Origin: Acidobacteriota bacterium
GTDB taxonomy: Bacteria > Acidobacteriota > UBA6911 > RPQK01 > JAJDTT01
Assembly (NCBI GenBank): GCA_965209055.1
Contig: OZ242374.1
Span: forward strand, 1,216,001 to 1,280,000
Direction: 5' to 3'
Length of the DNA stretch: 64,000 nt
The translations under genes and the position numbers were made by a program. Under the pieces are notes generated by a model, which saw nothing but the letters and a program-made list of their open reading frames with translations, ran no database searches and was not told the DNA's origin. Below are positions 60,914 to 64,000 of this stretch, piece by piece. Numbering within the stretch: position 1 is the first letter of the stretch; each line of letters opens with the position of its first letter.

Positions 60914-62302
60914 TCAGGATCCGGCGACCGGAGTCAGGTACTCGTCCACGATACGGGCCGTTCGGGCCACGGCGCCTCGATTCTCGCGAAGGATCCGCCG
61001 GGCGTTTTCGCCCAGCCCCCGGCGAGCCGCCTCACTTTCCAGGAGCTCCCTCAGCCGCCGGGCCAATTCCCCCGAGTTTCGGACCTGCAGCGCAGCGCCC
61101 CCTTCCAGGAAATTGCGAGCCATTTCCCGGAAATTATGCATGTGAGGCCCCACCAGTATCGGCTTGCCGAAGTGTGCCGCCTCGATGATGTTGTGTCCCC
61201 CCCACGCCACCAGGCTGCCCCCCACGAAAACCACCTGGGCCAGTTCGTAGAGATGGGCCAGCTCGCCGATGGTGTCCAGGACCAGCACATCGGGCCGGGC
61301 GGGCGGGCCCGCACCCTGGAAACCGTTGAGACCGCTGCGTTTCAGGTGGACGACGCCCCGCTGCCGAAGCAGGCCGGAGATCTCGTCCGATCTCCGCGGG
61401 TGCCGGGGAGCCAGAACCATGCGGAGATCGGGGAATTCCCGCCGGGTCTCCTGGAAGGCGTCCAGAAGCAGCTCCTCCTCTCCTTCGCGGGTGCTGCCGC
61501 AGATCCAGATGGGGTCCGCTCCGAACAGGCTTCGAATCCGCCGCGTCAATGCCGCCGGTCCGTCGTCCGGGCCCAGGCTGTAATCGTATTTCAGATTTCC
61601 GACGGAGCCGGTTCTGGAAGCAACGGATCCCAGTTCGACGATCCGGTCCCGGTCCTGGACCGACTGCATGCAGAGACGATCCAACTGCCGGAGAAAGGGC
61701 CGCAGCGGTCGCCGGAAGCGCCGGTAGCGAGCGAACGACCGGTCGGAGATCCTGCCGTTGACCAGGACCACGGGTACGCCCGACTCCCGGGCGGCGACGA
61801 TGAACCCGGGCCAGATCTCGGTTTCGACCACCAGGACGGCCGCCGGATCCAGCCTCCTGAGATACTTCCTGCAGAGCCAGGGCCAGTCCAGGGGAAAATA
61901 GAAGATCCGGGCCCGGTCCCGGAAAAGCTGGCGGGCCAGACGCTGCCCCGTCTCGGTCGTTGTGGAAATGCACAGTTGAGACGATTTCAGGTTCAGCGCA
62001 TCTATCAGGGGGCGAATCGAGTTGACCTCTCCCACCGAGACGGCGTGGACCCAGAGCCGGGACCGGCCGGAAGGGAGCGGCGAGACGCCATCGGGAACCA
62101 TCATCCTTTTCCTGAAGGGAACGGGACGATGGCCCCGGAGATAACGAAGGAGGCGCAAAGGGAGCCACAGGATCAGGCCGAGCGTATAGGCCAGCGTATA
62201 GGCGGCGATCAGCGGCGTCGGAACCGCCGTGGGGCCGCTCGAGTCCCGGCCGGGACGCTCCGGAGCCGTTCCGGCGTCTCCGTTGCCGGCTCCACGGATC
62301 AT
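60914..62302 (-). CDS. waaA: 3-deoxy-D-manno-octulosonic acid (Kdo) transferase
   Basis: [31 protein letters not shown] and GGHN motifs; start codon uncertain. Confidence 0.95.
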   Translation of the reverse strand: MIRGAGNGDAGTAPERPGRDSSGPTAVPTPLIAAYTLAYTLGLILWLPLRLLRYLRGHRPVPFRKRMMVPDGVSPLPSGRSRLWVHAVSVGEVNSIRPLIDALNLKSSQLCISTTTETGQRLARQLFRDRARIFYFPLDWPWLCRKYLRRLDPAAVLVVETEIWPGFIVAARESGVPVVLVNGRISDRSFARYRRFRRPLRPFLRQLDRLCMQSVQDRDRIVELGSVASRTGSVGNLKYDYSLGPDDGPAALTRRIRSLFGADPIWICGSTREGEEELLLDAFQETRREFPDLRMVLAPRHPRRSDEISGLLRQRGVVHLKRSGLNGFQGAGPPARPDVLVLDTIGELAHLYELAQVVFVGGSLVAWGGHNIIEAAHFGKPILVGPHMHNFREMARNFLEGGAALQVRNSGELARRLRELLESEAARRGLGENARRILRENRGAVARTARIVDEYLTPVAGS

Positions 62303-62361
62303 CCGTGGAGCATGTTTTGTCAAGGCGGTCACGGACGCATATAATAACTTGTTTCCCGGTC

Positions 62362-62391
62362 TTGACAGGGGGCCGGCCCTGAGGCTAAGAT
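62362..62391 (+). promoter_or_regulatory. Sigma70-type promoter of the str operon
   Basis: TTGACA-N18-TAAGAT upstream of rpsL. Confidence 0.65.
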
Positions 62392-62531
62392 TCATCCGCC
62401 TATCACGGCGTGGGTGGGTCGAGTGCGGATGCCTCAAGGGCATCCTTTTTTTGTCTTATAGGGTTTGTTCTGCTCTCACGCCAAGCGTCGAAAGCGGCGC
62501 CGGTGGGCAGTTCCAGGAGTGGATGGCATCG

Positions 62532-62906
62532 ATGCCGACGTTCAATCAGTTGGTTCGCAAGGGTCGCAAACCGGTGCGGACCAAGACCAAGAGCCCGGCG
62601 CTGCAGGGTTGCCCTCAAAGGCGCGGAGTCTGCGTTCGTGTGTACACGCAGACGCCGAAGAAACCCAACTCGGCGCTTCGAAAGGTGACCCGGGTACGGT
62701 TGACCAACGGGATCGAAGTGACCACTTATATTCCGGGTGAGGGACACAATCTGCAGGAGCACTCCATTGTGCTCATTCGTGGCGGCCGGGTTAAGGACCT
62801 GCCGGGCGTGCGATACCATGTGATCCGCGGGACCTTGGACACGGCCGGCGTAGACAACCGTAACAACAGCCGGTCCAAGTACGGCGCCAAGCGCCCCAAG
62901 GGTTAG
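62532..62906 (+). CDS. rpsL: 30S ribosomal protein S12
   Basis: [22 protein letters not shown] and [12 protein letters not shown]. Confidence 0.99.
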   Translation: MPTFNQLVRKGRKPVRTKTKSPALQGCPQRRGVCVRVYTQTPKKPNSALRKVTRVRLTNGIEVTTYIPGEGHNLQEHSIVLIRGGRVKDLPGVRYHVIRGTLDTAGVDNRNNSRSKYGAKRPKG

Positions 62907-62975
62907 CTGGATCTCCAACAGCTGCATCGACGTCGAGTTCCATCGCAGCTTGCTTCGTGTCCAGGAGCCATCGAG

Positions 62976-63446
62976 ATGTCTAGAAGAAGGGATGTTCCCA
63001 AGAGAGACGTGGCTCCCGATCCCGTATTCAAGAGCCGCCTGGTGAGCCGATTCATCAATCAGGCCATGGTGCGGGGAAAGAAGAGTGTTTCCGAGAGAAA
63101 TTTTTACGCCGCCATGAACCTGATCCAGGACAGGACGGGTGAAGATCCGTTGCGGATCTTCAAGAAGGCGGTGGACAGGGTCAAGCCCATGGTGGAGACC
63201 AAGTCCCGCCGCGTGGGCGGATCGACCTATCAGGTCCCCATCGAAGTCAGCACCCGGCGGCAAACCTCGCTCGCCATTCGCTGGCTGGTGGGCTATGCCC
63301 GGGCCCGTCACGAAAAGACCATGAGGGAGAGGCTGGCCAACGAGCTCGCAGACGCCGCGAATGACCGCGGCGGAGCCGTTCGCAGGAAGATGGACGTGCA
63401 CCGGATGGCCGAGGCCAACCGTGCCTTCGCACACTACCGATGGTGA
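62976..63446 (+). CDS. rpsG: 30S ribosomal protein S7
   Basis: [12 protein letters not shown] and [13 protein letters not shown]. Confidence 0.99.
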   Translation: MSRRRDVPKRDVAPDPVFKSRLVSRFINQAMVRGKKSVSERNFYAAMNLIQDRTGEDPLRIFKKAVDRVKPMVETKSRRVGGSTYQVPIEVSTRRQTSLAIRWLVGYARARHEKTMRERLANELADAANDRGGAVRRKMDVHRMAEANRAFAHYRW

Positions 63447-63498
63447 GAGGGAAGGACTCGATTACCAACGGAAGCTGCATCCAGGGAAGATCAGTACA

Positions 63499-64000
63499 GT
63501 GGCAACTCAGTCTGCGCTCGAAAGGACGCGAAATATCGGCATCATGGCCCACATCGATGCCGGTAAGACGACGACGACCGAGCGGATTCTCTACTACACG
63601 GGAATCACCTACAAGCTGGGTGAAGTGCACGAAGGCACCGCCACCATGGACTGGATGCCCCAGGAACAGGAACGGGGCATTACCATCACCTCCGCCGCCA
63701 CGACCTGCCTCTGGAAGAATTTCCGCATCAACATTATCGATACCCCGGGCCACGTAGACTTCACGGCTGAAGTCGAACGATCCCTGCGGGTTCTGGACGG
63801 CGCCATTGCCGTGTTCGACGCCGTCGCGGGCGTCGAGCCCCAGTCCGAGGCCGTCTGGCGCCAGGCGGACAAGTACCGGGTGCCGCGGATCGCCTTCATG
63901 AACAAGATGGATCGGCTGGGAGCCGATTTTTTCGCGGCCATGGAGTCCATGACCCAGAAGCTGGGCGCAAATCCGGTCCCGGTCCAGATTCCGTTGGGAC
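63499..64000 (+). CDS. fusA: Elongation factor G (partial, runs off the window)
   Basis: GTG start; [33 protein letters not shown] and NKMD. Confidence 0.98.
   Translation, partial: MATQSALERTRNIGIMAHIDAGKTTTTERILYYTGITYKLGEVHEGTATMDWMPQEQERGITITSAATTCLWKNFRINIIDTPGHVDFTAEVERSLRVLDGAIAVFDAVAGVEPQSEAVWRQADKYRVPRIAFMNKMDRLGADFFAAMESMTQKLGANPVPVQIPLG

Overview
High-GC bacterial chromosome segment, most likely Acidobacteriota (inferred from the Cys-rich insert in RpoB and the gene repertoire). It runs from rpoB-rpoC to rpsL-rpsG-fusA, and about 54 kb lies between these normally adjacent operons. That interval holds: a shortened ubiA-pilB-pilT-pilC-pilin operon; a histidine kinase, a sigma54 activator and an ECF sigma factor with a clear -24/-12 promoter; mnmA and lpxB; many exported hydrolases and oxidoreductases, including a Tat-signal EutB-EutC fusion; RNase P RNA; and a lipid A/core LPS operon. 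There are two accessory regions. (1) At 27.3-31.8 kb, tRNA-Ala(TGC) is followed by two convergent tyrosine integrases around a DUF433/DUF5615 toxin-antitoxin pair, ending in the 3' half of a different tRNA (Pro-GGG). (2) At 47.5-54.6 kb, a mosaic next to tRNA-Ala(CGC) has its modules separated by co-oriented GACTGTCCCC hairpin repeats; it carries an hsdM remnant and a putative two-gene defence module (DUF6978-like plus DUF1828). REP-like repeats and a 159-bp MITE occupy intergenic gaps. No CRISPR array was found. All family assignments come from motif recognition by eye, not database searches.
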